Source of the DNA: Alphaproteobacteria bacterium
GTDB taxonomy: Bacteria > Pseudomonadota > Alphaproteobacteria > GCA-2731375
Length of the DNA stretch: 61,732 nucleotides
NCBI GenBank assembly: GCA_030747035.1
Contig: JASLLM010000001.1
Span: 1-61,732, forward strand
Direction: 5' to 3'
The first letter of the stretch is position 1. Each line of letters begins with the position of its first letter. The notes under the pieces are model-generated. The model saw nothing but the letters and a program-made list of their open reading frames with translations, made no database searches and had not been told where the DNA came from. Of the stretch, positions 11,942-21,343 are shown in pieces. A program made the translations under genes and the position numbers.

Positions 11942-12877
11942 ATGCGTAAACGTCCATCCACTCTACTGCGTGAATTGCTCGCGGAGCCAGGCATTCTGGT
12001 CAAGCCTGGCGCCTTCAATGCCATGAGCGCGCGGATTATCGAGGCGGCTGGGTTTCCGATCATGGGGTTGTCCGGCTACAGCGTCTCGGCCTCGCTGCTG
12101 GGTAAACCGGACGTAGGTTTGATCACCCTGGATGAGATGGTCACCACCACGCGCTATATCACCGCCGCCACATCGGTACCGCTATTGGCCGATGGCGACA
12201 CCGGCTACGGCAATGCCATCAACGCCATGCGTACGACCCAGGAGTTTATTCGCGCCGGTGCCGCCGGCATGCATATCGAGGATCAGGTGGCGCCCAAGCG
12301 CTGCGGCCATGTGGCCGGCAAGGAAATTATCCCGATGGAGGAGGCAGTGGGCAAGTACGCCGCCTGCGCCCATGTCCGTGACGAAATGGACCCGGATTTC
12401 CTGCTCATTGCCCGCACCGATGCCCGCGGCGTCGAGGGCGGCAGCGTCGAGGAAGTGATCCGCCGGGCCAATGCCTATGTGGAGGCCGGGGCCGACATGA
12501 TTTTCCCCGAAGGCTTGATCTCCGAGGAAGAAATCGCCCGCGTCTGTGAGGAAGTCGACGCGCCCATTCACTACAACCGCACCGGCGTCTCGCCGTTCCT
12601 GGGCAAGGAGCGGTTGGGGGAGCTTGGCGTCGCCATTGTCTCCAACGCCTCTGGCGCCTTGCGCGCGGCGGTCCGTGGCATGTGGGATTATCTGGAGGGC
12701 TTCGCGGCGGAGGACGTTGACTACGCCCTGCGCTTCCTCGACGAGGTCAAGGATCATCCCACGGGCAACATGCACGAATTCGTCGGTTTCCCGAAAATCC
12801 GCAAGCTGGAGGAAACTTATCTGCCCAAGGAAGACGTCATCGCCCGCTATGCCAATTCGCTCGGGTACAAGCCATGA
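11942..12877 (+). CDS. Isocitrate lyase/PEP mutase-family C-C lyase, paralogue 1 (methylisocitrate/dimethylmalate lyase-like)
   Basis: Metal site DGDTGYG and catalytic loop EDQVAPKRCGH (lyase-type Cys). 311 aa. Confidence 0.88.
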   Translation: MRKRPSTLLRELLAEPGILVKPGAFNAMSARIIEAAGFPIMGLSGYSVSASLLGKPDVGLITLDEMVTTTRYITAATSVPLLADGDTGYGNAINAMRTTQEFIRAGAAGMHIEDQVAPKRCGHVAGKEIIPMEEAVGKYAACAHVRDEMDPDFLLIARTDARGVEGGSVEEVIRRANAYVEAGADMIFPEGLISEEEIARVCEEVDAPIHYNRTGVSPFLGKERLGELGVAIVSNASGALRAAVRGMWDYLEGFAAEDVDYALRFLDEVKDHPTGNMHEFVGFPKIRKLEETYLPKEDVIARYANSLGYKP

Positions 12878-13698
12878 CGAAAGCATCGACCGCCATGCGC
12901 AGATTGGTGGAGGGCGATGAGATATTTGTCCGGCCTGGCTGTCACGATGCCCTGTCGGCGCGTATTGCAGAGGCGGCGGGCTTCAAGGCCATCGCCATGT
13001 CCGGTTACGCGGTTTCGGTCTCCCTATTGGGCAAACCGGATGTGGGCCTGATCACCCTGACCGAGACGGTGCGCATGTGCCGCTATATCTGCAACGCGGT
13101 GGAGATCCCGGTGATGGTGGACGCGGACACCGGCTATGGCAATGCCATCAACGTCATGCGCACGGTGGACGAGATAATCAACGCCGGCGCGGGCGGGCTG
13201 TTTATCGAGGATCAGGTCGACCCGAAACGCTGCGGCCATGTGGCAGGCAAGCAATTGGTCTCGATCGAGGAAGCCGCCGGCAAGATCCGCGCCGCCGACA
13301 AGGTGCGGCGGGAAATGGACCCCGACGTCATCCTGATGGCGCGGACCGACGGACGCGGCGCACTGGGCGGCAGCTTCCAGGAGTCTCTGGACCGGGCCAA
13401 GGCCTACGCGGATGCGGGCGCCGACATCATTTTTCCCGAGGGCCTGATCTCGGAAGAGGAAATCGCGGCAATGGTTGAGGCTCTGGACGTGCCCATCAGC
13501 TACAACCGCACCGGCGTCTCGCCCATGTTGAGCTTGGTGGAACTGGAAAAATTGGGCGTGCGCATGGTGGCCAACGCCATCGGTGCTTTCCGCGCTTCCA
13601 GCCGGGCTCTCTGGGATCACCTGGGGGAGGCGGACGGGCCACCGGCGCAGATCAACCCGAAGGCCCAACTGGAACGTTTCCTTCAAGCCGCCGATTAA
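12874..13698 (+). CDS. Isocitrate lyase/PEP mutase-family C-C lyase, paralogue 2
   Basis: DADTGYG and EDQVDPKRCGH. ATGA overlap with paralogue 1. Long peptides identical to paralogue 1 (IFPEGLISEEEIA, YNRTGVSP). Confidence 0.88.
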   Translation: MTKASTAMRRLVEGDEIFVRPGCHDALSARIAEAAGFKAIAMSGYAVSVSLLGKPDVGLITLTETVRMCRYICNAVEIPVMVDADTGYGNAINVMRTVDEIINAGAGGLFIEDQVDPKRCGHVAGKQLVSIEEAAGKIRAADKVRREMDPDVILMARTDGRGALGGSFQESLDRAKAYADAGADIIFPEGLISEEEIAAMVEALDVPISYNRTGVSPMLSLVELEKLGVRMVANAIGAFRASSRALWDHLGEADGPPAQINPKAQLERFLQAAD

Positions 13699-13706
13699 GG
13701 ATAACC

Positions 13707-14630
13707 ATGTCCGAGAAAAGCAAACGACTGAAGGCACTGCTGGAAGCACCGGAAATTCTGGTTATTCCCGGCGTTTACGACGGTTACAGTGCCAGGTTGG
13801 TGGAGGCCTCCGGCTTCCAGGTGGCCGCCATATCGGGCGCCGGCGTCTCGGAATCCCATCTCGGCTGGGCCGACATGGGGGTGATGTCCTTCAAGGACAA
13901 TCTAGAGGCCTGCCGCGCCATCGCCGCCTTTTCCTCTCTGCCCTTGATAGCTGATGCCGATACCGGCTATGGCAATGCTTCGACGGCCTATTTCACTGTC
14001 CGCGCCTTCGAGGCGGCGGGCGTGGCCGCCATCATGCTGGAAGATCAGGTTTGGCCGAAACGCTGCGGCCATATGGCCGGCAAGCAAGTGGTGCCCGAAG
14101 CGGAGATGGTGCAGAAGATCAAGGCCGCCTGCGATGGCCGCATGGACGATAATTTTATCATCCGGGCGCGCACCGATGCCGCCGGCCCGATGGGCCTGAA
14201 CGCCGCCATCGACCGTCTGAACGCATACGCCGAGGCCGGCGCAGATACCCTGTTCGCCGATGCGCTGCTAAGTGCCGAGGATATCGAACAGGTCGCCCGC
14301 AACGTGCCAAAACCGCTGACCGTCAATATGGGCCTGGGTATCCGGTCCCGTCCCACGACGCCACTTATTCATCCAACCGCTTTGCAGGCCATGGGTGTCG
14401 CCGCCGTCAGCTATCCCCGTCTGCTCTCCACCGCTGCCGTACGCGGCATGATGAATGCCGTTGACGCCTTCAAGGATATGCTGGAAGGCGGCGAGGCGGT
14501 GGAGCGGCCTGATCTATTGGTCGGCTTTGATGAGATCAACAAGCTGACCGGTTTCAATCATCTGACCGGCCTGGACGAAACCTATGCCCATGACCTGGAA
14601 GGAAGCGCCCATGGGCATGACGGCGATTGA
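13707..14630 (+). CDS. Isocitrate lyase/PEP mutase-family C-C lyase, paralogue 3 (divergent)
   Basis: DADTGYG and EDQVWPKRCGH. 307 aa with a His/Asp-rich C-terminal tail. Confidence 0.86.
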   Translation: MSEKSKRLKALLEAPEILVIPGVYDGYSARLVEASGFQVAAISGAGVSESHLGWADMGVMSFKDNLEACRAIAAFSSLPLIADADTGYGNASTAYFTVRAFEAAGVAAIMLEDQVWPKRCGHMAGKQVVPEAEMVQKIKAACDGRMDDNFIIRARTDAAGPMGLNAAIDRLNAYAEAGADTLFADALLSAEDIEQVARNVPKPLTVNMGLGIRSRPTTPLIHPTALQAMGVAAVSYPRLLSTAAVRGMMNAVDAFKDMLEGGEAVERPDLLVGFDEINKLTGFNHLTGLDETYAHDLEGSAHGHDGD

Positions 14631-15864
14631 AAAGATACTGGCACGCAACAGCGGCCAGGACGTGGTGCGTCCGGGCGATATCGTCACGACAAAGGTCGAG
14701 ACGGCGATCCTGTTCGACAACAATTTCATGGCCACCTCGTGGCGGGAAATTCTCCACGTCCATGACCCCGAAAAAGTCGTTGTGGTGTTCGATCACCGGG
14801 CCCCGGCCTCCCACGTGCTCAGCGCCCAAGCGCATCAGACGGGCCGGGAGTTCGTCAAACGCTTTGGCATTTCCCGCTTTCACGATATCGGCTTTGACCA
14901 GGGCATCAGCCACGCCCTGGTGGCCGATTATGGCTACGGCCTGCCGGGCACGGTACTGCTGTGCAGTGACAGCCATACCTGCAGCGCCGGCGTCTTCAAT
15001 CTCGCCGCCCGTGGCGTCGGCTCCCCTGATATGGCCTATGCGGTAACCAAGGGGGAAACCTGGTTCCGGGTCGGCGAGACCGTGCGCTATGAACTGGAAG
15101 GCGAGCTGCGCCCCGGCGTCTCGGCCAAGGATGTCTTCCTGCATCTGGCCGGCACCTACGGCGATCACGCCACCATGAATGTGGAATTCAGCGGCCCCGG
15201 CCTGGCAGGACTGTCCATGAACGCCCGGCGCACACTGACCACCATGAGCGCCGAATTGAGCGTGGAATTCGCCACCTTCGAGCCCGACGATATCATGCTA
15301 GATTTCGTCGCGGCCCGCAGCGATCGAGCGTTTGCGGCGGTCTGGCCCGACGAAGATGCCACGTATGCCGACAAACGCGTGGTCCGGTTGGACCAGATCG
15401 AACCCCTGGTCGCCCTGCCCGATGCGGTGCTGAACAATTCCAAGCCGGTGGGCGATATTGCGGGCCAGGCCATCGATCAGGCCTTCATCGGCTCCTGCGC
15501 CAATGGCACTCTGGATGACCTCGCCATCGCCGCCCGCGTGCTGGAGGGCAAGCGGGTGCATGATGGCGTTCGTCTGCTGGTCACGCCGGCGACGCAGAAT
15601 ATCTATCGCGAGGCGCTGCGCCTGGGCTATGTGCAGGCCATCGTAGATGCTGGCGGCGTGGTCACCAATGCCACCTGCGGCGCCTGCGGCGGCGGCAGCC
15701 TGGGCGTGCTGGGGCCGGGCGAGACCTGTATCACCGCCTCCACCCGCAATTTCAAGGGCCGCATGGGCGATGCGGATGCCAGGATTTACATGGCCTCCCC
15801 CGCCACCGTGGCGGCATCGGCCCTGCAAGGCAGCATTGCCAGCCCGCTGGAGTATTTCCCATGA
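14611..15864 (+). CDS. Aconitase-family hydro-lyase large subunit (short LeuC/HacA/DmdA type)
   Basis: ATG 14611 preceded by GGAAGGAAG and overlapping the upstream gene by 20 nt. Fe-S ligand contexts CSDSHTC, GSCANG and CGACGG. About 417 aa. Confidence 0.88.
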   Translation: MGMTAIEKILARNSGQDVVRPGDIVTTKVETAILFDNNFMATSWREILHVHDPEKVVVVFDHRAPASHVLSAQAHQTGREFVKRFGISRFHDIGFDQGISHALVADYGYGLPGTVLLCSDSHTCSAGVFNLAARGVGSPDMAYAVTKGETWFRVGETVRYELEGELRPGVSAKDVFLHLAGTYGDHATMNVEFSGPGLAGLSMNARRTLTTMSAELSVEFATFEPDDIMLDFVAARSDRAFAAVWPDEDATYADKRVVRLDQIEPLVALPDAVLNNSKPVGDIAGQAIDQAFIGSCANGTLDDLAIAARVLEGKRVHDGVRLLVTPATQNIYREALRLGYVQAIVDAGGVVTNATCGACGGGSLGVLGPGETCITASTRNFKGRMGDADARIYMASPATVAASALQGSIASPLEYFP

Positions 15865-16352
15865 GAATTGAGGGGCGCGTTTGGCTGGCCGGTGACAACA
15901 TCAACACGGATCTGATCCTGCCGATCCAGGCCTATTATCTTTCCGTCGAGGAGCAACCGGCCTGGGTCTTTTCCGCCAACCGCCCCGGCTGGTCGGACGA
16001 GGTCACGCCGGGGGATATCCTGGTGGCGGGGCGCAATTTCGGCGTCGGCTCCTCCCGCCCCGCCGCGCGCTCGTTGAAGAACCTCGGGCTTGCCTGTCTT
16101 TTGGCGGAATCCATCAACGGCCTGTTCTATCGGAATGCCGTCAATTTCGCCTTTCCCAGCTTGGAGGCCCCGGGCATCACCGGGCTGTTTCAGGAAGGCG
16201 AGACGGCAGAGATCGATTTCGACGCAGCGGAGATCAACAACCCGAAGCGGGGCGAACGTCTCACAGGCACGCCAATGCCGCCGCAGTTACTGCGCATCTT
16301 GAAGGCCGGCGGTATTTACCCTCTCCTGCAGTCGGAAAACCTGATCCGCTGA
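15861..16352 (+). CDS. Aconitase-family hydro-lyase small subunit (short LeuD/HacB/DmdB type)
   Basis: 163 aa with an ATGA overlap onto the large subunit. GRNFGVGSSR swivel-domain motif. Confidence 0.86.
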   Translation: MRIEGRVWLAGDNINTDLILPIQAYYLSVEEQPAWVFSANRPGWSDEVTPGDILVAGRNFGVGSSRPAARSLKNLGLACLLAESINGLFYRNAVNFAFPSLEAPGITGLFQEGETAEIDFDAAEINNPKRGERLTGTPMPPQLLRILKAGGIYPLLQSENLIR

Positions 16353-16464
16353 AGGGCGTCAGGCCGCTACATCATGTCACACGGGGCAGGGACGCTATTA
16401 ACGCGGCGACGCAAAATCGCTACGATTGGGTCGAGTACGGCGGTTTACCGGGAAGGGTTGGGCC

Positions 16465-17628
16465 ATGGACTTTGAACTTAGCGACGAACAACGCATGATC
16501 CTCGATTACGGCAGCAAGCTGGCGGAGAGTTTCGACCGCCAGCAATGGCTGGATTATGCCCGGCGTCACGAATTTCCCGAGCACATCTGGCGGCAAATGG
16601 GCGAGGACGGTTTCCTGGGCCTGATGGTGCCGGAGGAATATGGCGGCGCCGGCCTGGGCATGATGGAAATGTCCCTGCTGATGGAGGGCATGGCCGATTA
16701 CGGCATTCCCATGCAGCATCTGGTCGTCGGCCCGACCATGTGCCTCGCGCACCTGGCCCGCCACGGCACGGAGGAGCAGAAGCGGCGTTACCTGCCCCCC
16801 GCCTGCGCCGGCAGGGAAGTCTGGTGTTTCGCCATTACGGAGCCCACGGCAGGCTCCAACAGCATGAAGATCACCACCCTGGCCAAGGGCGAAGGCAACG
16901 GCGGCTTCAAATTGAACGGACAGAAGGTCTTCATCACCGGTTCCGACGTGGCCGATTACGCCATGGTGGTGGCGCGGACGACACCGTTCCAGAACGCCGC
17001 CAAAAAGACCGACGGCTTCACCCTGTTCATTGTCAATCTGAACGCCCCCGGCGTGACACGAACGCCCATGGACATGAGCATCGTGATCCCGGAACGCCAG
17101 TGCGAAATATTCTTCGAGGATGTGGCATTGACCGAGGCCGATGTGATCGGCGAGGTCGACAAGGGCTTCTCCATCCTGTTCGATACCCTCAATCCGGAGC
17201 GCATCATCCTGGCCGCCATGCTGATCGGCTTGGGCCGCTACGCCATCGGCCGGGCGGTCGAGTATGCCTCCGAACGCGTGGTGTTCGAAGGGCCGATCGG
17301 CTCCTACCAGGGGCTGCAGCACCCTCTGGCGGAGGCCAAGACGGAGATCGAGGTCGCCACCTTGATGACCTACAAGGCCTCCTGGGCTTTCGACAACGAC
17401 CGCCCGGCGGCGGAATATTCCAACATGGCGAAATACTACGCCGCCGAAGCCGCCATCCATGCGGTCGACACAGCGGTGCAATGTTTCGGTGGTAATGCCT
17501 ACACCCACGAATACGGCATTTTCGATCTGTATCCCTTCGTCCGCATGCTGCGCACGGCGCCCCTGAACCGGGAAATGCTGCTGAACTACATCGGCGAAAA
17601 GGTCCTGGGCCTGCCAAGGTCTTATTGA
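16465..17628 (+). CDS. Acyl-CoA dehydrogenase (isovaleryl-CoA dehydrogenase-like base placement)
   Basis: Internal ATG 16465 (MDFELSDEQRMI...). Typical ACAD blocks (FAITEPTAGSN, QCFGGNAY). See the finding on the catalytic base. Confidence 0.88.
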   Translation: MDFELSDEQRMILDYGSKLAESFDRQQWLDYARRHEFPEHIWRQMGEDGFLGLMVPEEYGGAGLGMMEMSLLMEGMADYGIPMQHLVVGPTMCLAHLARHGTEEQKRRYLPPACAGREVWCFAITEPTAGSNSMKITTLAKGEGNGGFKLNGQKVFITGSDVADYAMVVARTTPFQNAAKKTDGFTLFIVNLNAPGVTRTPMDMSIVIPERQCEIFFEDVALTEADVIGEVDKGFSILFDTLNPERIILAAMLIGLGRYAIGRAVEYASERVVFEGPIGSYQGLQHPLAEAKTEIEVATLMTYKASWAFDNDRPAAEYSNMAKYYAAEAAIHAVDTAVQCFGGNAYTHEYGIFDLYPFVRMLRTAPLNREMLLNYIGEKVLGLPRSY

Positions 17629-17658
17629 CCGCCATCTTGTAAATACGGAAATACATCC

Positions 17659-19248
17659 ATGGACGCACTGTCGCCCGAAGAATTCGATCTCAACAAGGAC
17701 GCCTATCTGGAACGGATTGCCGACCTGCACGAAAGACGGCAACGCTCCCGCATCGGCGGCTCGGAAGCCAGCCGGGCCCGCCATATCAAGCGCGGGCGCA
17801 TGCTGCCGCGGGCCCGCGTTGATGCCCTGCTGGACCCAGGCTCGCCGTTTCTGGAACTGGCCGAACTGGTGGGCGAGGGTTTTTACGACGGCGTGCCGCC
17901 CGGCGGCAGCATGATCACCGGCATCGGCCAGGTACAGGGCCGCCATTGCATGATCATCGCCAACGATTCCACCGTGAAGGGCGGCACTTATTTCGGCGCC
18001 ACAGTGCGCAAGCACACCCGGGCGCAACGGATCGCCTGGGAAAACCGCCTGCCCTGCATCACCCTGGTGGACTCCGGCGGCGCCTTCCTGCCCGATCAGG
18101 AGAATATTCATCCCGACGAGCATCATTTCGGCTCCATTTTCTACAACCAGGTCGGTATGTCGGCGGAAGGCATCGCACAGATCGCCGTTGTCCTGGGGCC
18201 GTGCACCGCCGGCGGTGCCTATATCCCGTCACTCTGCGATGAAGTGGTAATCGTGCGCGGCCAGGGTTTCATGTATCTGGGCGGACCGGAGCTGACCAAG
18301 GCAGCGACGGGAGAGGATATCGACCGGGAATCCCTGGGCGGGGCACAAATGCACTCCTCCGTCTCCGGCGTCACCGATTACATCGCCGAGAACGACGAAC
18401 ATGCCCTGGCCATCACCCGCGATATCATGGCGGAGCTGGGCGAAGAGGCACCCATGCGCTGGACGCCGAAACCGTCGAAGCCGCCGCGCCTGGACCCGAA
18501 CGAGATTTATGGCCTGATCAGCCGGGATGCGCGTATTCCCACCGACAACCGGGAAATCCTGCTGCGCATGGCGGACGGCAGCGAATTCCGGGAATTCAAG
18601 CCGCTATATGGCGAGACCCTGGTCTGCGGCTTTGCCCGCATTCATGGCTTCCAGATCGGCATTCTGGCCAACCAGGGTGTTTTCTTCACCGAGGCCGCCT
18701 TGAAGGGCACGCAGTTCATCGACATCTGCACCAAGCGGGATATTCCGCTGCTGTTCCTGTCCGACGTCGCCGGTTTCATGGTTGGGCGGGAGGCGGAGGT
18801 CGGCGGCATCGCCAAGGCAGGTGCGAAGTTCGTCACCGCCATGAGTTCGGCGGCGGTGCCGAAATACACCATCGTCACCGGTGGGGCCTATGGCGCCGGT
18901 TATCTCGCCATGTGCAGCCGGCAGTTCAAACCCCGGGCCCTGTTCATGTGGCCGCACAGCCGCATCGCCATCATGGGGCCGGAACAGGCCGCCAATACCC
19001 TGGCCATGGTGAAGCGCAAGAATTTCGAGGCCGATGGCGTCGATTGGAGCGCGGAAGAGGAAGAGGCCTTCAAGGCGCCCTTGCGGGCCGAATACGAACG
19101 TTTTGCCGACGCCTATAACTTTGCCGCCAACCTATGGGTCGATGGGGTGCTGGACCCATTGGAAACCCGGCACGCCCTGGGGTTGTTGCTGGACGTGGCG
19201 GCGCGCACGCCGATCAAGGAAACCAGTTTCGGCGTGTTCCGGATGTAA
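17659..19248 (+). CDS. Acyl-CoA carboxylase carboxyltransferase (beta) subunit, methylcrotonyl/geranyl-CoA carboxylase-like
   Basis: 529 aa. Contains RHIKRGRMLPRARVDALLDPGSPFLEL, TVKGGTYF, and CTAGGAYIP followed by GGP. Confidence 0.88.
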   Translation: MDALSPEEFDLNKDAYLERIADLHERRQRSRIGGSEASRARHIKRGRMLPRARVDALLDPGSPFLELAELVGEGFYDGVPPGGSMITGIGQVQGRHCMIIANDSTVKGGTYFGATVRKHTRAQRIAWENRLPCITLVDSGGAFLPDQENIHPDEHHFGSIFYNQVGMSAEGIAQIAVVLGPCTAGGAYIPSLCDEVVIVRGQGFMYLGGPELTKAATGEDIDRESLGGAQMHSSVSGVTDYIAENDEHALAITRDIMAELGEEAPMRWTPKPSKPPRLDPNEIYGLISRDARIPTDNREILLRMADGSEFREFKPLYGETLVCGFARIHGFQIGILANQGVFFTEAALKGTQFIDICTKRDIPLLFLSDVAGFMVGREAEVGGIAKAGAKFVTAMSSAAVPKYTIVTGGAYGAGYLAMCSRQFKPRALFMWPHSRIAIMGPEQAANTLAMVKRKNFEADGVDWSAEEEEAFKAPLRAEYERFADAYNFAANLWVDGVLDPLETRHALGLLLDVAARTPIKETSFGVFRM

Positions 19249-19265
19249 ATGGGTGGGTACGGCGT

Positions 19266-21263
19266 ATGTCTAAGAAAATCCTGATCGCCAACCGCGGCGA
19301 AATCGCCTGTCGCATCGCGCGCACCTGCCAACGCCTGGGCATTGCTGCCGCCACCGTGCATTCGGAAGCCGACAAAGACGCCCTGCATGTGCAAGAGGTC
19401 GGTGAGTCGGTTCATATCGGCCCAGCGCCGGCCTCGGAAAGCTATCTGAATATCGAGGCTGTGATCGCCGCCGCCAAATCAGTCGGTGCTGATGCCATTC
19501 ATCCCGGCTATGGCTTTCTTTCGGAAAACCCGGCCTTCGCCGAAGCCGTCGCGGCGGCGGATCTGACCTTCATCGGCCCCAGCGCGGAGGTTCTGCGACA
19601 GTTCGGCGACAAAGCCGCCGCCAAGGCCGCCGCCAAGGCCGCCGGTGTGGCCACGGTGCCCGGCAGCGAGGCAGCCAGCGATGATCCGGACGCCATCATG
19701 GCCGAGTTACACGCCATGACCCTGCCGGCATTATTGAAGGCGGCGGGCGGCGGCGGCGGCAAGGGTATGCGCGTGGTCAACGATATGGCCGGAGCGGAAA
19801 CTGAAATCGAAGCCGCCATGCGGGAAGGCCGAAATTCCTTTGCCGATCCGCGCTTGCTGGTGGAGGAATTTCTGCCCGAGGCGCGCCATGTGGAAGTGCA
19901 GATCTTGGGCGACGGCCAGGGCAAGGTGCTGCATCTGTTGGAGCGGGAATGCTCCCTGCAACGGCGGCACCAAAAGGTGATCGAGGAAGCGCCGGCCCTG
20001 AACCTCTCCCCTGCCCTGCGCGCGCAACTGCTGGACAGCGCCGTCGCACTGGGCCACGCAGTCAATTACCTGGGCCTGGGCACGGTGGAGTTCATCGTCA
20101 AGGATGAGCGGGCCTATTTCCTGGAGGTTAATCCCCGCCTGCAGGTAGAGCATCCGGTAACCGAGATGATTACCGACCTGGACCTGATCGAATTACAAAT
20201 CCTGGCCGTGGCCGGGCATGGCATCGCACTTGGACAGGAAGATGTCGGCGCCACCGGTCATGCCATCGAAGCGCGGATCTATGCCGAGGATCCAGGCGCG
20301 GGTTTCCTACCCTCGACCGGCACCATCGCGCAGCTGTCCCTGCCCCATGATGCGTTGCGGGTGGATACGGGCATCGCGGCCGGCATGGCCATCACACCCT
20401 ATTATGATCCCATGGTTGCCAAGTTGATCGCCCATGGCAGAGACCGGGCAGCGGCACTGAGCAGCCTTGTCGCCGGGTTGGATCAATTTTCAATCTCCGG
20501 CGTCCGGGACAACAGCGCCTTTCTGCGCGCCCTGCTGCGCACATCGGAAGTCCGCGAAAGCGCCGGCGATACCGGCCTGATCGACCGGCGGCTGGACGAG
20601 TTGGTCGCGGAATCCGCACCGGACGACAGCCGCATCGCCTTGGCAGCGGCAATCTGGCTTAGCGAACAGCGTGGGCAACGGGGCGCGGATATCTGGCAGG
20701 GCGATGGTTGGCAGACCGGCTGGCGCCTGGGCGACGGCACCCCCGCCATTACCGTTTCGCCGATTTTGCAGGCGCGCATCGAAGATGATCTGTTTGATAT
20801 CGGTTTCGGGCCACGGGATGCCAGTGGCGCCATGCTTGTCGGTGTCGGCGACGGGGAATACCGCCTGAGTATCGAGGCGCTGGGTGAGCATGCCTATCTG
20901 ATCACCGCGGATGGGCGCAGCCGGAAGGTCCGGGCCTGGTTGGGCGATGATTGGCTCACCTTGGATGACGGCGGCAACAAACTGACCGCCGCGCTGACGC
21001 TTTATCTGGACAGCGCCCGCCAGTCCGCTTCCGCCGCCTTTGGCGGCACCGTCGAAGCACCCCTGATGGGCCAGGTCCTGGCCGTGCAGGCGGCGGTCGG
21101 CGACACGGTCGACCAGGGCGAGGTCCTGGTCGTGCTGGAAAGCATGAAAATGGAAATCCGCGTCACCGCGCCGGGTGCCGGCGAGGTCAAGGCGGTACAT
21201 TGTCAGGTCGGCGGCAACGTCGAGCGCGGCGCCGTTATCGTGGAGCTGGAACTGGCGGAATAG
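19266..21263 (+). CDS. Acyl-CoA carboxylase biotin carboxylase + BCCP (alpha) subunit
   Basis: ATG 19266 (MSKKILIANRGEIACRI). ATP-grasp GGGGKGM. C-terminal biotinyl domain with LESMKMEI. Confidence 0.9.
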   Translation: MSKKILIANRGEIACRIARTCQRLGIAAATVHSEADKDALHVQEVGESVHIGPAPASESYLNIEAVIAAAKSVGADAIHPGYGFLSENPAFAEAVAAADLTFIGPSAEVLRQFGDKAAAKAAAKAAGVATVPGSEAASDDPDAIMAELHAMTLPALLKAAGGGGGKGMRVVNDMAGAETEIEAAMREGRNSFADPRLLVEEFLPEARHVEVQILGDGQGKVLHLLERECSLQRRHQKVIEEAPALNLSPALRAQLLDSAVALGHAVNYLGLGTVEFIVKDERAYFLEVNPRLQVEHPVTEMITDLDLIELQILAVAGHGIALGQEDVGATGHAIEARIYAEDPGAGFLPSTGTIAQLSLPHDALRVDTGIAAGMAITPYYDPMVAKLIAHGRDRAAALSSLVAGLDQFSISGVRDNSAFLRALLRTSEVRESAGDTGLIDRRLDELVAESAPDDSRIALAAAIWLSEQRGQRGADIWQGDGWQTGWRLGDGTPAITVSPILQARIEDDLFDIGFGPRDASGAMLVGVGDGEYRLSIEALGEHAYLITADGRSRKVRAWLGDDWLTLDDGGNKLTAALTLYLDSARQSASAAFGGTVEAPLMGQVLAVQAAVGDTVDQGEVLVVLESMKMEIRVTAPGAGEVKAVHCQVGGNVERGAVIVELELAE

Positions 21264-21343
21264 CCCCGTTACCTTGACCTCCAATATGCCTCCCCCTACC
21301 CTTCCGGGAGCGAAGCGCATGGGGCGAAGCCAGAAGAGGCCAT

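Noticed and set aside
11942-14630. Possibility that the three PEP-mutase-superfamily genes mark a phosphonate biosynthetic cluster (pepM).
   Set aside because: All three carry the lyase-type E-D-Q-x3-K-R-C-G-H loop rather than the PepM-type E-D-K-x5-N-S signature. No phosphonopyruvate decarboxylase or other phosphonate genes are adjacent.
16420-18126. Very long antisense ORFs opposite annotated genes, for example 16420-18126(-), 6425-7498(-), 20490-21404(-), 45718-47034(+), 46797-48287(+), 54296-55699(+) and 27703-28626(+).
   Set aside because: These are typical high-GC shadow ORFs. Their translations are Arg/Gly/Ala/Pro-rich with no recognisable motifs, whereas the opposite strand encodes proteins with clear family signatures.
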